A stretch of 64,000 nt of DNA from the human T2T-CHM13v2.0 reference genome, Homo sapiens. Positions 24,101-39,100 of the stretch are shown here, one piece after another. Under the pieces are notes generated by a model that did no database searches, was not told the origin of the DNA, and worked only from the letters and a program-made list of their open reading frames with translations. The position numbers were made by a program, and so were the translations under genes. The stretch lies in assembly GCF_009914755.1 (NCBI RefSeq), contig NC_060927.1; one strand, given 5' to 3'. Position 1 is the stretch's first letter, and each line of letters opens with the position of its first letter.

Positions 24101-27100
24101 TTCTGAGAATGATTCCGTCTAATTATTATACGAAGGTATTTCCTTTTCTATCATGGGCCTCAAAGCGCTTGATACCTCCACCTGAAAATTCCACAAAAAG
24201 AGTGTTTCCAATCTACTCTGTCTAAAGGAACGTTCAACTCTGTGAGTTGAATACACACACACAGAAAGAATTCACTGAGAGTTCTTCTGTCTGGCATTAC
24301 ATGAAGAAATCCCGTTTCCAACGAAGGCCTCAAAGAGGTCCAAATATCCACTTGCAGATTCTGCAAAAAGAGTGTTTCAAAACCGCTCCATGAAAAGGAA
24401 TGTTGAACTCTGTGAGTTGAATGCAAACATCACAACTCAGTTTCTGAGAATGCTTCTGACTAGATTTTATGGTCAGATATTCCCTTTTCTACCGTAGGCT
24501 TCAATGCCCTCTAAATACACCCTTGCAAATTCTACAAAGAGACTGTTTAATAACTGCTCTATAGGAAGAAAGGTTGAACTCTGTGAGTTGAATGCAGAGA
24601 TCACAACGTGGTTTCGGCGAATGATTCTTCGGAGTTTTTACATGAAGATATTTCGTTGTCTACCGTAGGCTTCAAAGCACTCAAAGTATTCACTTGGAAC
24701 TTTTACAAAAAGAGTGTTAGAAAACTGCTCTTTCCAAAGTAAGGTTCAACTCTGTGAGTTGAATGCACACATAACAAACAAGAAGTTTCTGAGAATTCTT
24801 CTGTCCTGGTTTATATGAAAAAATCCCGTTTCCAACGAAGGCCTCAAAGGCGTTTAAATATCCACTTGCAGACTTCACAAACAGAGTGTTTCCAAACTGC
24901 TCTATGAAAAGAAAGGTTAAACTCTGTGAGTTGAACGCACACATCACAAAGTAGTTTCTGAGAATGATACTGTCCAGTTTTTATACGAAGATATTTCCTT
25001 TCCTACCATTGGCGTCAAAGCGCTAGAATTCTCCACTTGCAAATTCTACAAAAAGAGGGTTTCCAATCTGCTCTGCCTAAAGGCAGGTTCAACTCTGTGA
25101 GTTGAATACACACACACAAAGAAGCTACTGAGAATTCTTTTGTCAAGAATTATAAGAAGAAATCCCGTTTCCAACGAAGGCCTCAAAGAGTTCCAAATAT
25201 CCACTTGCACACTGTACAAACTAAGTCTTTCCAAACTGCTCTATGCAAAGAAATGTTTAACCCTGTGAGTTTAATGCACACATCACAAAGCAGTTTCTGA
25301 GAATGATTCCCTCTAGTTTTTATACGAAGATAGCCTTTTCTACCATTGGCCTCAAGGCTCTTGGAATCTCCACCTGAAAATTCCGCAAAAAGCGTGTTTC
25401 CAATGCGCTCTGTCTAAAGGAAGTTTCAACTCTCTGAGTTGAATACATACATCCCAAAAGAAGTTACTGCGAAGTCTTCTGTCTAGCATTATGTGAAGAA
25501 ATCCCGTTTCCAACGAAAGCCTCAAAGAGGTCCTAATATCCAGTTGCAGAATTTACAAACTGACTGTTTCCAAACTCATCTATGAAAAGAAAGGTTAAAC
25601 CCTGTGAGTTGAATGCACATATCACAAAGTAGTTCCTGAGAATGATTCTGTCTAGTTTTTATACGAAGATATTTCCTTTTCCACCAATGGCCTCAAAGTG
25701 CTTGAAATCTCCCCTTGCAAATTCCACAGAAAAGTGTTTCAAATCTGCACTGTCTGAAGGAAGGTTCAACCCTGTGAGTTGAATACACACACACAGAAAA
25801 AAATTCACTGAGAATTCTATTGTCTATCATTACACGAAGAAATCCCGTTTACTACGAAGGCCTCAAAGAGGTCCAAATATGCAGCTGCAGACATTACAAA
25901 CTGAGTGTTTCCAAAGTGCTCTATGAAAAGAAGTGCTAAAAACTGTGAGTTCAATGCACACATCCCAAAGCAGTTTCTGAGAATGATTCCGTCTATTTTT
26001 TCTACGAAGATATTTCCTTTTCTACCGTTGGCCTCAAAGCGCTTGAAATCTCCACTTGCAAATTCCACGAAAAGAGAGTTTCAAATCTGCTCTGTCTAAA
26101 GGAAGGTTCAACTCTGTGAGTTGAATACACACCACAAAAAGAAGTTACTGAGAATACTTCTGTCTAGCATTATATGAAAAATCCCGTTTCCAACGAAGGC
26201 CACAAAGAGGTCCAAATATCCACTTGCAGATTCTGCAAAAAGAGTGTTTCCAAACTGCTCTATGAAAAGAAACGTTAAACTCTGTGAGTTGAATGCAAAC
26301 ATCACAAAGTAGTTTCTGAGAATGACTCCGTCTAGTTTTTATACGAAGATATTTCCTTTTCTACCGTTGGCCTCAAAGCGCTTGAAGTCTCCCCCTGAAA
26401 TTTCCACAAAAAGTGTTTCCAATCTGCTCCGCCTAATGGAAGCTTCAGCTCTGTGAGTTGAATACCCACAACCCAAAGAAGTTACTGAGAATTCTTCTGT
26501 CTAACATTACATGAAGAAATCCCGTTTCCAACGAAGGCCTCAAATACATCCAGATATCCAGTTGCTGACTTTACAAACTGAGTGTTTCCAAACTGCTCTA
26601 TGAAAGGAAAGGTTAAACACTGTGAGTTGAACACACACGTACCAAAGTAGTTTCTGAGAATGATTCTGTCTAGTTTGCATACGAAGATATTTCCTTTTCT
26701 ACCATTGGCCTCAAAGCTTTGAAATCTCCACTTGCAAATTCCACAAAAAGAGAGTTTCAAATCTGCTGTTTCTAAAGGAAAGTTCAACTCTGAGAGTTGA
26801 ATACACACCAGAAAAAGCAGTTACTGAGAAGTCTTCTGTCTAGCATTATATGAAGAAATCCCGTTTCCAACGAAGACTTCAAAGAGGTCCAAATATCCAC
26901 TTGCAGATTCTGCAAAAAGAGTGTTTCGAAACAACTGTATGAAAAGAAAGGTTAAACGCTGTGAGTTGAAGGCACACATTGCAAAGCAGTTTCTGAGAAT
27001 GATTCCGTCTAATTATTATACGAAGGTATTTCCTTTTCTATCATGGGCCTCAAAGCGCTTGATACCTCCACCTGAAAATTCCACAAAAAGAGTGTTTCCC

Positions 27101-30100
27101 ATCTACTCTGTCTAAAGGAACGTTCAACTCTGTGAGTTGAATACACACACACAGAAAGAATTCACTGAGAGTTCTTCTGTCTGGCATTACATGAAGAAAT
27201 CCCGTTTCCAACGAAGGCCTCAAAGAGGTCCAAATATCCACTTGCAGATTCTGCAAAAAGAGTGTTTCAAAACCACTCCATGAAAAGGAATGTTGAACTC
27301 TGTGAGTTGAATGCAAACATCACAACTCAGTTTCTGAGAATGCTTCTGACTAGATTTTATGGTAAGATATTTCCTTTTCTACCGTAGGCTTCAATGCCCT
27401 CTAAATACACCCTTGCAAATTCTACAAAGAGACTGTTTAATAACTGCTCTATAGGAAGAAAGGTTGAACTCTGTGAGTTGAATGCAGAGATCACAACGTG
27501 GTTTCGGCGAATGATTCTTCGTAGTTTTTACATGAAGGTATTTCGTTGTCTACGTAGGCTTCAAAGCACTCAAAGTATTCACTTGGAACTTTTACAAAAA
27601 GAGTGTTAGAAAACTGCTCTTTCCAAAGTAAGGTTCAACTCTGTGAGTTGAATGCACACATAACAAACAAGAAGTTTCTGAGAATTCTTCTGTCCTGGTT
27701 TATAGGAAAAAATCCCGTTTCCAACGAAGGTCTCAAAGACGTTTAAATATCCACTTGCAGACTTCACAAACAGAGTGTTTCCAAACTGCTCTATGAAAAG
27801 AAAGGTTAAACTCTGTGAGTTGAACACACACATCACAAAGTAGTTTCTGAGAATGATACTGTCCAGTTTTTATACGGAGATATTTCCTTTCCTACCATTG
27901 GCGTCAAAGCGCTAGAATTCTCCACTTGCAAATTCCACAAAAAGAGGGTTTCCAATCTGCTCTGCCTAAAGGCAGGTTCAACTCTGTGAGTTGAATACAC
28001 ACACACAAGAAAGCTACTGAGAATTCTTTTGTCAAGAATTATAAGAAGAAATCCCGTTTCCAACGAAGGCCTCAAAGAGTTCCAAATATCCACTTGCACA
28101 CTGTACAAACTAAGTCTTTCCAAACTGCTCTATGCAAAGAAATGTTCAACCCTGTGAGTTTAATGCACACATCACAAAGCAGTTTCTGAGAATGATTCCC
28201 TCTAGTTTTTATACGAAGATAGCCTTTTCTACCATTGGCCTCAAGGCTCTTGGAATCTCCACCTGAAAATTCCGCAAAAAGCGTGTTTCCAATGCGCTCT
28301 GTCTAAAGGAAGGTTCAACTCTCCGAGTTGAATACATACATCCCAAAAGATGTTACTGCGAATTCTTCTGTCTAGCATTATGTGAAGAAATCCCGTTTCC
28401 AACGAAAGCCTCAAAGAGGTCCTAATATCCAGTTGCAGAATTTACAAACTGACTGTTTCCAAACTCATCTATGAAAAGAAAGGTTAAACCCTGTGAGTTG
28501 AATGCACATATCACAAAGTAGTTCCTGAGAATGATTCTGTCTAGTTTTTATACGAAGATATTTCCTTTTCCACCAATGGCCTCAAAGTGCTTGAAATCTC
28601 CCCTTGCAAATTCCACAGAAAAGTGTTTCAAATGTGCACTGCCTGAAGGAAGGTTCAACCCTGTGAGTTGAATACACACACACAGAAAAAAATTCACTGA
28701 GAATTCTATTGTCTATCATTACACGAAGAAATCCCGTTTACTACGAAGGCCTCAAAGAGGTCCAAATATCCAGCTGCAGACATTACAAACTGAGTGTTTC
28801 CAAAGTGCTCTATGAAAAGAAGTGTTAAACACTGTGAGTTCAATGCACACATCCCAAAGCAGTTTCTGAGAATGATTCCGTCTATTTTTTCTACGAAGAT
28901 ATTTCCTTTTCTACCGTTGGCCTCAAAGCGCTTGAAATCTCCACTTGCAAATTCCACGAAAAGAGAGTTTCAAATCTGCTCTGTCTAAAGGAAGGTTCAA
29001 CTCTGTGAGTTGAATACACACCACAAAAAGAAGTTACTGAGAATTCTTCTGTCTAGCATTATATGAAAAATCCCGTTTCCAACGAAGGCCACAAAGAGGT
29101 CCAAATATCCACTTGCCGATTCTGCAAAAAGAGTGTTTCCAAACTGCTCTATGAAAAGAAACGTTAAACTCTGTGAGTTGAACGCAAACATCACAAAGTA
29201 GTTTCTGAGAATGACTCCGTCTAGTTTTTATACGAAGATATTTCCTTTTCTACCGTTGGCCTCAAGGCGCTTGAAGTCTCCCCCTGAAAATTCCACAAAA
29301 AGTGTTTCCAATCTGCTCCGCCTAAAGGAAGCTTCAGCTCTGTGAGTTGAATAGCCACAACCCAAAGAAGTTACTGAGAATTCTTCTGTCTAGCATTACA
29401 TGAAGAAATCCCGTTTCCAACGAAGGCCTCAAATACATCCAGATATCCAGTTGCTGACTTTACAAACTGAGTGTTTCCAAACTGCTCTATGAAAGGAAAG
29501 GTTAAACACTGTGAGTTGAACACACACGTACCAAAGTAGTTTCTGAGAATGATTCTGTCTAGTTTGCATACGAAGATATTTCTTTTTCTACCATTGGCCT
29601 CAAAGCTTTGAAATCTCCACTTGCAAATTCCACAAAAAGAGAGTTTCAAATCTGCTGTTTCTAAAGGAAAGTTCAACTCTGAGAGTTGAATACACACCAG
29701 AAAAAGCAGTTACTGAGAAGTCTTCTGTCTAGCATTATATGAAGAAATCCCGTTTCCAACGAAGACTTCAAAGAGGTCCAAATATCCACTTGCAGATTCT
29801 GCAAAAAGAGTGTTTCGAAAGAACTGTATGAAAAGAAAGGTTAAACGCTGTGAGTTGAAGGCACACATTGCAAAGCAGTTTCTGAGAATGATTCCGTCTA
29901 ATTATTATACGAAGGTATTTCCTTTTCTATCATGGGCCTCAAAGCGCTTGATACCTCCACCTGAAAATTCCACAAAAAGAGTGTTTCCAATCTACTCTGT
30001 CTAAAGGAACGTTCAACTCTGTGAGTTGAATACACACACACAGAAAGAATTCACTGAGAATTCTTCTGTCTGGCATTACATGAAGAAATCCCGTTTCCAA

Positions 30101-33100
30101 CGAAGGCCTCAAAGAGGTCCAAATATCCACTTACAGATTCTGCAAAAAGAGTGTTTCAAAACCGCTCCATGAAAAGGAATGTTGAACTCTGTGAGTTGAA
30201 TGCAAACATCACAACTCAGTTTCTGAGAATGCTTCTGACTAGATTTTATGGTCAGATATTTCCTTTTCTACCGTAGGCTTCAATGCCCTCTAAATACACC
30301 CTTGCAAATTCTACAAAGAGACTGTTTAATAACTGCTCTATAGGAAGAAAGGTTGAACTCTGTGAGTTGAATGCAGAGATCACAACGTGGTTTCGGCGAA
30401 TGATTCTTCGTAGTTTTTACATGAAGATATTTCGTTGTCTACCGTAGGCTTCAAAGCACTCAAAGTATTCACTTGGAACTTTTACAAAAAGAGTGTTAGA
30501 AAACTGCTCTTTCCAAAGTAAGGTTCAACTCTGTGAGTTGAATGCACACATAACAAACAAGAAGTTTCTGAGAATTCTTCTGTCCTGGTTTATATGAAAA
30601 AATCCCGTTTCCAACGAAGGCCTCAAAGACGTTTAAATATCCACTTGCAGACTTCACAAACAGAGTGTTTCCAAACTGCTCTATGAAAAGAAAGGTTAAA
30701 CTCTGTGAGTTGAACGTACACATCACAAAGTAGTTTCTGAGAAAAATACTGTCCAGTTTTTATACGGAGATATTTCCTTTCCTACCATTGGCGTCAAAGC
30801 GCTAGAATTCTCCACTTGCAAATTCCACAAAAAGAGGGTTTCCAATCTGCTCTGCCTAAAGGCAGGTTCAACTCTGTGAGTTGAATACACACACACAAGG
30901 AAGCTACTGAGAATTCTTTTGTCAAGAAGTATAAGAAGAAATCCCGTTTCCAACGAAGGCCTCACAGAGTTCCAAATATCCACTTGCACACTGTACAAAC
31001 TAAGTCTTTCCAAACTGCTCTATGCAAAGAAATGTTCAACCCTGTCAGTTTAATGCACACATCACAAAGCAGTTTCTCAGAATGATTCCCTCTAGTTTTT
31101 ATACGAAGATAGCCTTTTCTACCATTGGCCTCAAGGCTCTTGGAATCTCCACCTGAAAATTCCGCAAAAAGCGTGTTTCCAATGCGCTCTGTCTAAAGGA
31201 AGGTTCAACTCTCCGAGTTGAATACATACATCCCAAAAGAAGTTACTGCGAATTCTTCTGTCTAGCATTATGTGAAGAAATCCCGTTTCCAACGAAAGCC
31301 TCAAAGAGGTCCTAATATCCAGTTGCAGAATTTACAAACTGACTGTTTCCAAACTCATCTATGAAAAGAAAGGTTAAACCCTGTGAGTTGAATGCACATA
31401 TCACAAAGTAGTTCCTGACAATGATTCTGTCTAGTTTTTATACGAAGATATTTCCTTTTCCACCAATGGCCTCAAAGTGCTTGAAATCTCCCCTTGCAAA
31501 TTGCACAGAAAAGTGTTTCAAATCTGCACTGTCTGAAGGAAGGTTCAACCCTGTGAGTTGAATACACAAACACAGAAAAAAATTCACTGAGAATTCTATT
31601 GTCTATCATTACACGAAGAAATCCCGTTTACTACGAAGGCCTCAAAGAGGTCCAAATATCCAGCTGCAGACATTACAAACTGAGTGTTTCCAAAGTGCTC
31701 TATGAAAAGAAGTGTTAAACACTGTGAGTTCAATGCACACATCCCAAAGCAGTTTCTGAGAATGATTCCGTCTATTTTTTCTACGAAGATATTGCCTTTT
31801 CTACCGTTGGCCTCAAAGCGCTTGAAATCTCCACTTGCAAATTCCACGAAAAGAGAGTTTCAAATCTGCTCTGTCTAAAGGAAGGTTCAACTCTGTGAGT
31901 TGAATACACACCACAAAAAGAAGATACTGAGAATTCTTCTGTCTAGCATTATATGAAAAATCCCGTTTCCAACGAAGGCCACAAAGAGGTCCAAATATCC
32001 ACTTGCAGATTCTGCAAAAAGAGTGTTTCCAAACTGCTCTATGAAAAGAAACGTTAAACTCTGTGAGTTGAACGCAAACATCACAAAGTAGTTTCTGAGA
32101 ATGACTCCGTCTAGTTTTTATACGAAGATATTTCCTTTTCTACCGTTGGCCTCAAAGCGCTTGAAGTCTCCCCCTGAAAATTCCACAAAAAGTGTTTCCA
32201 ATCTGCTCCGCCAAAGGAAGCTTCAGCTCTGTGAGTTGAATAGCCACAACCCAAAGAAGTTACTGAGAATTCTTCTGTCTAGCATTACATGAAGAAATCC
32301 CGTTTCCAACGAAGGCCTCAAATACATCCAGATATCCAGTTGCTGACTTTACAAACTGAGTGTTTCCAAACTGCTCTATGAAAGGAAAGGTTAAACACTG
32401 TGAGTTGAACACACACGTACCAAAGTAGTTTCTGAGAATGATTCTGTCTAGTTTGCATACGAAGATATTTCCTTTTCTACCATTGGCCTCAAAGCTTTGA
32501 AATCTCCACTTGCAAATTCCACAAAAAGAGAGTTTCAAATCTGCTGTTTCTAAAGGAAAGTTCAACTCTGAGAGTTGAATACACACCAGAAAAAGCAGTT
32601 ACTGAGAAGTCTTCTGTCTAGCATTATATGAAGAAATCCCGTTTCCAACGAAGACTTCAAAGAGGTCCAAATATCCACTTGCAGATTCTGCAAAAAGAGT
32701 GTTTCGAAAGAACTGTATGAAAAGAAAGGTTAAACGCTGTGAGTTGAAGGCACACATTGCAAAGCAGTTTCTGAGAATGATTCCGTCTAATTATTATACG
32801 AAGGTATTTCCTTTTCTATCATGGGCCTCAAAGCGCTTGATACCTCCACCTGAAAATTCCACAAAAAGAGTGTTTCCAATCTACTCTGTCTAAAGGAACG
32901 TTCAACTCTGTGAGTTGAATACACACACACAGAAAGAATTCACTGAGAATTCTTCTGTCTGGCATTACATGAAGAAATCCCGTTTCCAACGAAGGCCTCA
33001 AAGAGGTCCAAATATCCACTTACAGATTCTGCAAAAAGAGTGTTTCAAAACCGCTCCATGAAAAGGAATGTTGAACTCTGTGAGTTGAATGCAAACATCA

Positions 33101-36100
33101 CAACTCAGTTTCTGAGAATGCTTCTGACTAGATTTTATGGTCAGATATTTCCTTTTCTACCGTAGGCTTCAATGCCCTCTAAATACACCCTTGCAAATTC
33201 TACAAAGAGACTGTTTAATAACTGCTCTATAGGAAGAAAGGTTGAACTCTGTGAGTTGAATGCAGAGATCACAACGTGGTTTCGGCGAATGATTCTTCGT
33301 AGTTTTTACATGAAGATATTTCGTTGTCTACCGTAGGCTTCAAAGCACTCAAAGTATTCACTTGGAACTTTTACAAAAAGAGTGTTAGAAAACTGCTCTT
33401 TCCAAAGTAAGGTTCAACTCTGTGAGTTGAATGCACACATAACAAACAAGAAGTTTCTGAGAATTCTTCTGTCCTGGTTTATATGAAAAAATCCCGTTTC
33501 CAACGAAGGCCTCAAAGACGTTTAAATATCCACTTGCAGACTTCACAAACAGAGTGTTTCCAAACTGCTCTATGAAAAGAAAGGTTAAACTCTGTGAGTT
33601 CAACGTACACATCACAAAGTAGTTTCTGAGAAAAATACTGTCCAGTTTTTATACGGAGATATTTCCTTTCCTACCATTGGCGTCAAAGCGCTAGAATTCT
33701 CCACTTGCAAATTCCACAAAAAGAGGGTTTCCAATCTGCTCTGCCTAAAGGCAGGTTCAACTCTGTGAGTTGAATACACACACACAAGGAAGCTACTGAG
33801 AATTCTTTTGTCAAGAAGTATAAGAAGAAATCCCGTTTCCAACGAAGGCCTCACAGAGTTCCAAATATCCACTTGCACACTGTACAAACTAAGTCTTTCC
33901 AAACTGCTCTATGCAAAGAAATGTTCAACCCTGTCAGTTTAATGCACACATCACAAAGCAGTTTCTGAGAATGATTCCCTCTAGTTTTTATACGAAGATA
34001 GCCTTTTCTACCATTGGCCTCAAGGCTCTTGAAATCTCCACCTGAAAATTCCGCAAAAAGCGTGTTTCCAATGCGCTCTGTCTAAAGGAAGGTTCAACTC
34101 TCCGAGTTGAATACATACATCCCAAAAGAAGTTACTGCGAATTCTTCTGTCTAGCATTATGTGAAGAAATCCCGTTTCCAACGAAAGCCTCAAAGAGGTC
34201 CTAATATCCAGTTGCAGAATTTACAAACTGACTGTTTCCAAACTCATCTATGAAAAGAAAGGTTAAACCCTGTGAGTTGAATGCACATATCACAAAGTAG
34301 TTCCTGACAATGATTCTGTCTAGTTTTTATACGAAGATATTTCCTTTTCCACCAATGGCCTCAAAGTGCTTGAAATCTCCCCTTGCAAATTCCACAGAAA
34401 AGTGTTTCAAATCTGCACTGTCTGAAGGAAGGTTCAACCCTGTGAGTTGAATACACACACATAGAAAAAAATTCACTGAGAATTCTATTGTCTATCATTA
34501 CACGAAGAAATCCCGTTTACTACGAAGGCCTCAAAGAGGTCCAAATATCCAGCTGCAGACATTACAAACTGAGTGTTTCCAAAGTGCTCTATGAAAAGAA
34601 GTGTTAAACACTGTGAGTTCAATGCACACATCCCAAAGCAGTTTCTGAGAATGATTCCGTCTATTTTTTCTACGAAGATATTGCCTTTTCTACCGTTGGC
34701 CTCAAAGCGCTTGAAATCTCCACTTGCAAATTCCACGAAAAGAGAGTTTCAAATCTGCTCTGTCTAAAGGAAGGTTCAACTCTGTGAGTTGAATACACAC
34801 CACAAAAAGAAGTTACTGAGAATTCTTCTGTCTAACATTATATGAAAAATCCCGTTTCCAACGAAGGCCACAAAGAGGTCAAAATATCCACCTGCAGATT
34901 CTGCAAAAAGAGTGTTTCCAAACTGCTCTATGAAAAGAAACGTTAAACTCTGTGAATTGAACGAAAACATCACAAAGTAGTTTCTGAGAATGACTCCGTC
35001 TAGTTTTTATACGAAGATATTTCCTTTTCTACCGTTGGCCTCAAAGCGCTTGAAGTCTCCCCCTGAAAATTCCACAAAAAGTGTTTCCAATCTGCTCCGC
35101 CTAAAGGAAGCTTCAGCTCTGTGAGTTGAATACCCACAACACAAAGAAGTTACTGAGAATTCTTCTGTCTAGCATTACATGAAGAAATCCCGTTTCCAAC
35201 GAAGGCCTCAAATACTTCCAGATATCCAGTTGCTGACTTTACAAACTGAGTGTTTCCAAACTGCTCTATGAAAAGAAAGGTTAAACACTGTGAGTTGAAC
35301 ACACACGTACCAAAGTAGTTTCTGAGAATGATTCTGTCTAGTTTGCATACGAAGATATTTCCTTTTCTACCATTGGCCTCAAAGCTTTGAAATCTCCACT
35401 TGCAAATTCCACAAAAAGAGAGTTTCAAATCTGCTGTTTCTAAAGGAAAGTTCAACTCTGAGAGTTGAATACACACCAGAAAAAGCAGTTACTGAGAAGT
35501 CTTCTGTCTAGCATTATATGAAGAAATCCCATTTCCAACGAAGACTTCAAAGAGGTCCAAATATCCACTTGCAGATTCTGCAAAAAGAGTGTTTCGAAAC
35601 AACTGTATGAAAAGAAAGGTTAAACGCTGTGAGTTGAAGGCACACATTGCAAAGCAGTTTCTGAGAATGATTCCGTCTAATTATTATACGAAGGTTTTTC
35701 CTTTTCTATCATGGGCCTCAAAGCGCTTGATACCTCCACCTGAAAATTCCACAAAAAGAGTGTTTCCAATCTACTCTGTCTAAAGGAACGTTCAACTCCG
35801 TGAGTTGAATACACACACACAGGAAGAATTCACTGAGAGTTCTTCTGTCTGGCATTACATGAAGAAATCCCGTTTCCAACGAAGGCCTCAAAGAGGTCCA
35901 AATATCCACTTGCAGATTCTGCAAAAAGAGTGTTTCAAAACCGCTCCATGAAAAGGAATGTTGAACTCTGTGAGTTGAATGCAAACATCACAACTCAGTT
36001 TCTGAGAATGCTTCTGACTAGATTTTATGGTCAGATATTTCCTTTTCTACCGTAGGCTTCTATGCCCTCTAAATACACCATTTCAAATTCTACAAAGAGA

Positions 36101-39100
36101 CTGTTTAATAACTGCTCTATAGGAAGAAAGGTTGAACTCTGTGAGTTGAATGCAGAGATCACAACGTGGTTTCGGCGAATGATTCTTCGCAGTTTTTACA
36201 TGAAGATATTTCGTTGTCTACCGTAGGCTTCAAAGCACTCAAAGTATTCACTTGGAACTTTTACAAAAAGAGTGTTAGAAAACTGCTCTTTCCAAAGTAA
36301 GGTTCAACTCTGTGAGTTGAATGCACACATAACAAACAAGAAGTTTCTGAGAATTCTTCTGTCCTGGTTTATAGGAAAAAATCCCGTTTCCAACGAAGGC
36401 CTCAAAGACGTTTAAATATCCACTTGCAGACTTCACAAACAGAGTGTTTCCAAACTGCTCTATGAAAAGAAAGGTTAAACTCTGTGAGTTGAACGCACAC
36501 ATCACAAAGTAGTTTCTGAGAATGATACTGTCCAGTTTTTATACGAAGAGATTTCCTTTCCTACCATTGGCGTCAAAGCGCTAGAATTCTCCACTTGCAA
36601 ATTCCACAAAAAGAGGGTTTCCAATCTTCTCTGCCTAAAGGCAGGTTCAACTCTGTGAGTGGAATACACACACACAAGGAAGCTACTGAGAATTCTTTTG
36701 TCAAGAATTATAAGAAGAAGTCCCGTTTCCAACGAAGGCCTCAAAGAGTTCCAAATATCCACTTGCACACTGTACAAACTAAGTCTTTCCAAACTGCTCT
36801 ATGCAAAGAAATGTTCAACCCTGTGAGTTTAATGCACACATCACAAACCAGTTTCTGAGAATGATTCCCTCTAGTTTTTATACGAAGATAGCCTTTTCTA
36901 CCATTGGCCTCAAGGCTCTTGGAATCTCCACCTGAAAATTCCGCAAAAAGCGTGTTTCCAATGCGCTCTGTCTAAAGGAAGGTTCAACTCTCTGAGTTGA
37001 ATACATACATCCCAAAAGAAGTTACTGAGAATTCTTCTGTCTAGCATAATGTGAAGAAACCCTGTTTCCAACGAAAGCCTCAAAGAGGTCCTAATATCCA
37101 GTTGCAGAATTTACAAATTGACTGTTTCCAAACTCATCTATGAAAAGAAAGGTTAAACCCTGTGAGTTGAACGCACATATCACAAAGTAGTTCCTGAGAA
37201 TGATTCTGTCTAGTTTTTATACGAAGATATTTCCTTTTCCACCAATGGCCTCAAAGTGCTTGAAATCTCCCCTTGCAAATTCCACAGAAAAGTGTTTCAA
37301 ATCTGCACTGTTTGAAGGAAGGTTCAACCCTGTGAGTTGAATACACACACACAGAAAAAAATTCACTGAGAATTCTATTGTCTATCATTACACGAAGAAA
37401 TCCCGTTTACCACGAAGGCCTCAAAGAGGTCCAAATATCCAGCTGCAGACATTACAAACTGAGTGTTTCCAAAGTGCTCTATGAAAAGAAGTGTTAAACA
37501 CTGTGAGTTCAATGCACACATCCCAAAGCAGTTTCTGAGAATGATTCCGTCTATTTTTTCTACGAAGATATTTCCTTTTCTACCGTTGGCCTCAAAGCGC
37601 TTGAAATCTCCACTTGCAAATTCCACGAAAAGAGAGTTTCAAATCTGCTCTGTCTAAAGGAAGGTTCAACTCTGTGAGTTGAATACACACCACAAAAAGA
37701 AGTTACTGAGAATTCTTCTGTCTAGAATTATATGAAAAATCCCGTTTCCAACGAAGGCCACAAAGAGGTCCAAATATCCACTTGCAGATTCTGCAAAAAG
37801 AGTGTTTCCAAACTGCTCTATGAAAAGAAACGTTAAACTCTGTGAGTTGAACGCAAACATCACAAAGTAGTTTCTGAGAATGACTCCGTCTAGTTTTTAT
37901 ACGAAGATATTTCCTTTTCTACCGTTGGCCTCAAAGCGCTTGAAGTCTCCCCCTGAAAATTCCACAAAAAGTGTTTCCAATCTGCTCCGCCTAAAGGAAG
38001 CTTCAGCTCTGTGAGTTGAATACCCACAACCCAAAGAAGTTACTGAGAATTATTCTGTCTAGCATTACATGAAGAAATCCCGTTTCCAACGAAGGCCTCA
38101 AATACATCCAGATATCCAGTTGCTGACTTTACAAACTGAGTGTTTCCAAACTGCTCTATGAAAGGAAAGGTTAAACACTGTGAGTTGAACACACACGTAC
38201 CAAAGTAGTTTCTGAGAATGATTCTGTCTAGTTTGCATACGAAGATATTTCCTTTTCTACCATTGGCCTCAAAGCTTTGAAATCTCCACTTGCAAATTCC
38301 ACAAAAAGAGAGTTTCAAATCTGCTGTTTCTAAAGGAAAGTTCAACTCTGAGAGTTGAATACACACCAGAAAAAGCAGTTACTGAGAAGTATTCTGTCTA
38401 GCATTATATGAAGAAATCCCATTTCCAACGAAGACTTCAAAGAGGTCCAAATATCCACTTGCAGATTCTGCAAAAAGAGTGTTTCGAAACAACTGTATGA
38501 AAAGAAAGGTTAAACGCTGTGAGTTGAAGGCACACATTGCAAAGCAGTTTCTGAGAATGATTCCGTCTAATTATTATACGAAGGTATTTCCTTTTCTATC
38601 ATGGGCCGCAAAGCGCTTGATACCTCCACCTGAAAATTCCACAAAAAGAGTGTTTCCAATCTACTCTGTCTAAAGGAACGTTCAACTCTGTGAGTTGAAT
38701 ACACACACACAGAAAGAATTCACTGAGAGTTCTTCTGTCTGGCATTACATGAAGAAATCCCGTTTCCAACGAAGGTCTCAAAGAGGTCCAAATATCCACT
38801 TGCAGATTCTGCAAAAAGAGTGTTTCAAAACCGCTCCATGAAAAGGAATGTTGAACTCTGTGAGTTGAATGCAAACGTCACAACTCAGTTTCTGAGAATG
38901 CTTCTGACTAGATTTTATGGTCAGATATTTCCTTTTCTACCGTAGGCTTCAATACCCTCTAAATACACCCTTGCAAATTCTACAAAGAGACTGTTTAATA
39001 ACTGCTCTATAGGAAGAAAGGTTGAACTCTGTGAGTTGAATGCAGAGATCACAACGTGGTTTCGGCGAATGATTCTTCGCAGTTTTTACATGAAGATATT

